This document shows positions 63,361 through 64,000 of a stretch of 64,000 nucleotides of DNA, piece by piece (within the stretch, counting starts at the first letter, position 1; every line of letters begins with the position of its first letter). Source of the DNA: Nemertoderma westbladi (lineage: Eukaryota > Animalia > Xenacoelomorpha); the NCBI GenBank assembly GCA_032718475.1, contig JAUCBJ010000701.1, positions 1 to 64,000 on the forward strand, given 5' to 3'. Under the pieces are notes generated by a model that had not been told where the DNA came from, did not search any database, and saw only the letters and a list, made by a program, of their open reading frames with translations. The position numbers and the translations under genes are program-made.

Positions 63361-64000
63361 GGGGCGAGCCACGAAGTGAGTGAGCCTTAGCGTAGTGGTA
63401 CCATTAATCAACCTGTGGGGCGAGCCACGAAGTGAGTGAGCCTTAGCGTAGTGGTACCATTAATCAACCTGTCGTTCTGTCGTTCTGTCGTTCTGTCGCG
63501 TCCAATTTTAAACGTTAATAACTCAGCCAATCTTTGATGAAATCTATCCAAACTTGGTACACATGTTGTTTGGCAAAAGTTTAGAAATTTTCCAAGTAGA
63601 ATTTCCGTGTGGCCTTCGAGAAGCTAAGATAATAGCAGTTAATTAGTTAATTAAGTTGATTACGGTAAAAACACCATTTTCAACCTGCCTGTTAAAGGAA
63701 ATTAATTGTTTTACAGTATAAGATTTAAATAATTATACTTAAAAATTATACAGATGTAATCCACATACGCCATTCTATTATAGTTTTTAATTAGTTCAAG
63801 TGATTTGCTTTATTAATTGTGTCTTTAATTGATCTAAAGTAATTAAAACGTCATAAAAAATTGATTCTCATTAAATACTGCTCATTTATTGGCTAACATG
63901 CTGGTACAATGGAAGGATGTGTGTGTAAGGCAGCTAGTGCTGGGAATGATTATTGGTCAAGTCTCTGCTGGTGTGGAGCTAGCTGGGAGTTGTGGCTGTA

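Overview
AT-rich, repeat-dense genomic DNA from an invertebrate animal, almost entirely made of nested mobile elements. From left to right: the 3' end of a BEL/Pao pol plus a probable LTR; an LTR element carrying an unexplained 591-aa zinc-knuckle ORF just before its PPT and 3' LTR (solo copies of this LTR recur at 57.3-59.9 kb); two phase-1 host exons on the minus strand (fibronectin type II and calcium-binding EGF); hAT and Mutator/foldback MITEs with TSDs; RTE, CRE and RTEX-like LINE fragments; a gag-protease-only BEL element; a spliced hAT-like transposase; and a deleted BEL element. A degraded ~13.4-kb Polinton/Maverick follows, encoding pPolB, a TATA-binding-protein-like ORF, a DEDD exonuclease, adenain protease, major capsid, core protein, two pentons and an rve integrase, with no ATPase visible. 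The right end holds Helentron-like repeats, a 1.1-kb TTAA palindromic MITE, an integrase-only Gypsy, a 411-bp tandem repeat pairing a tRNA-like Pol III promoter with a minimal hammerhead ribozyme, and an IS3EU transposase fragment. All family assignments come from motifs recognised by eye; no database search was run.
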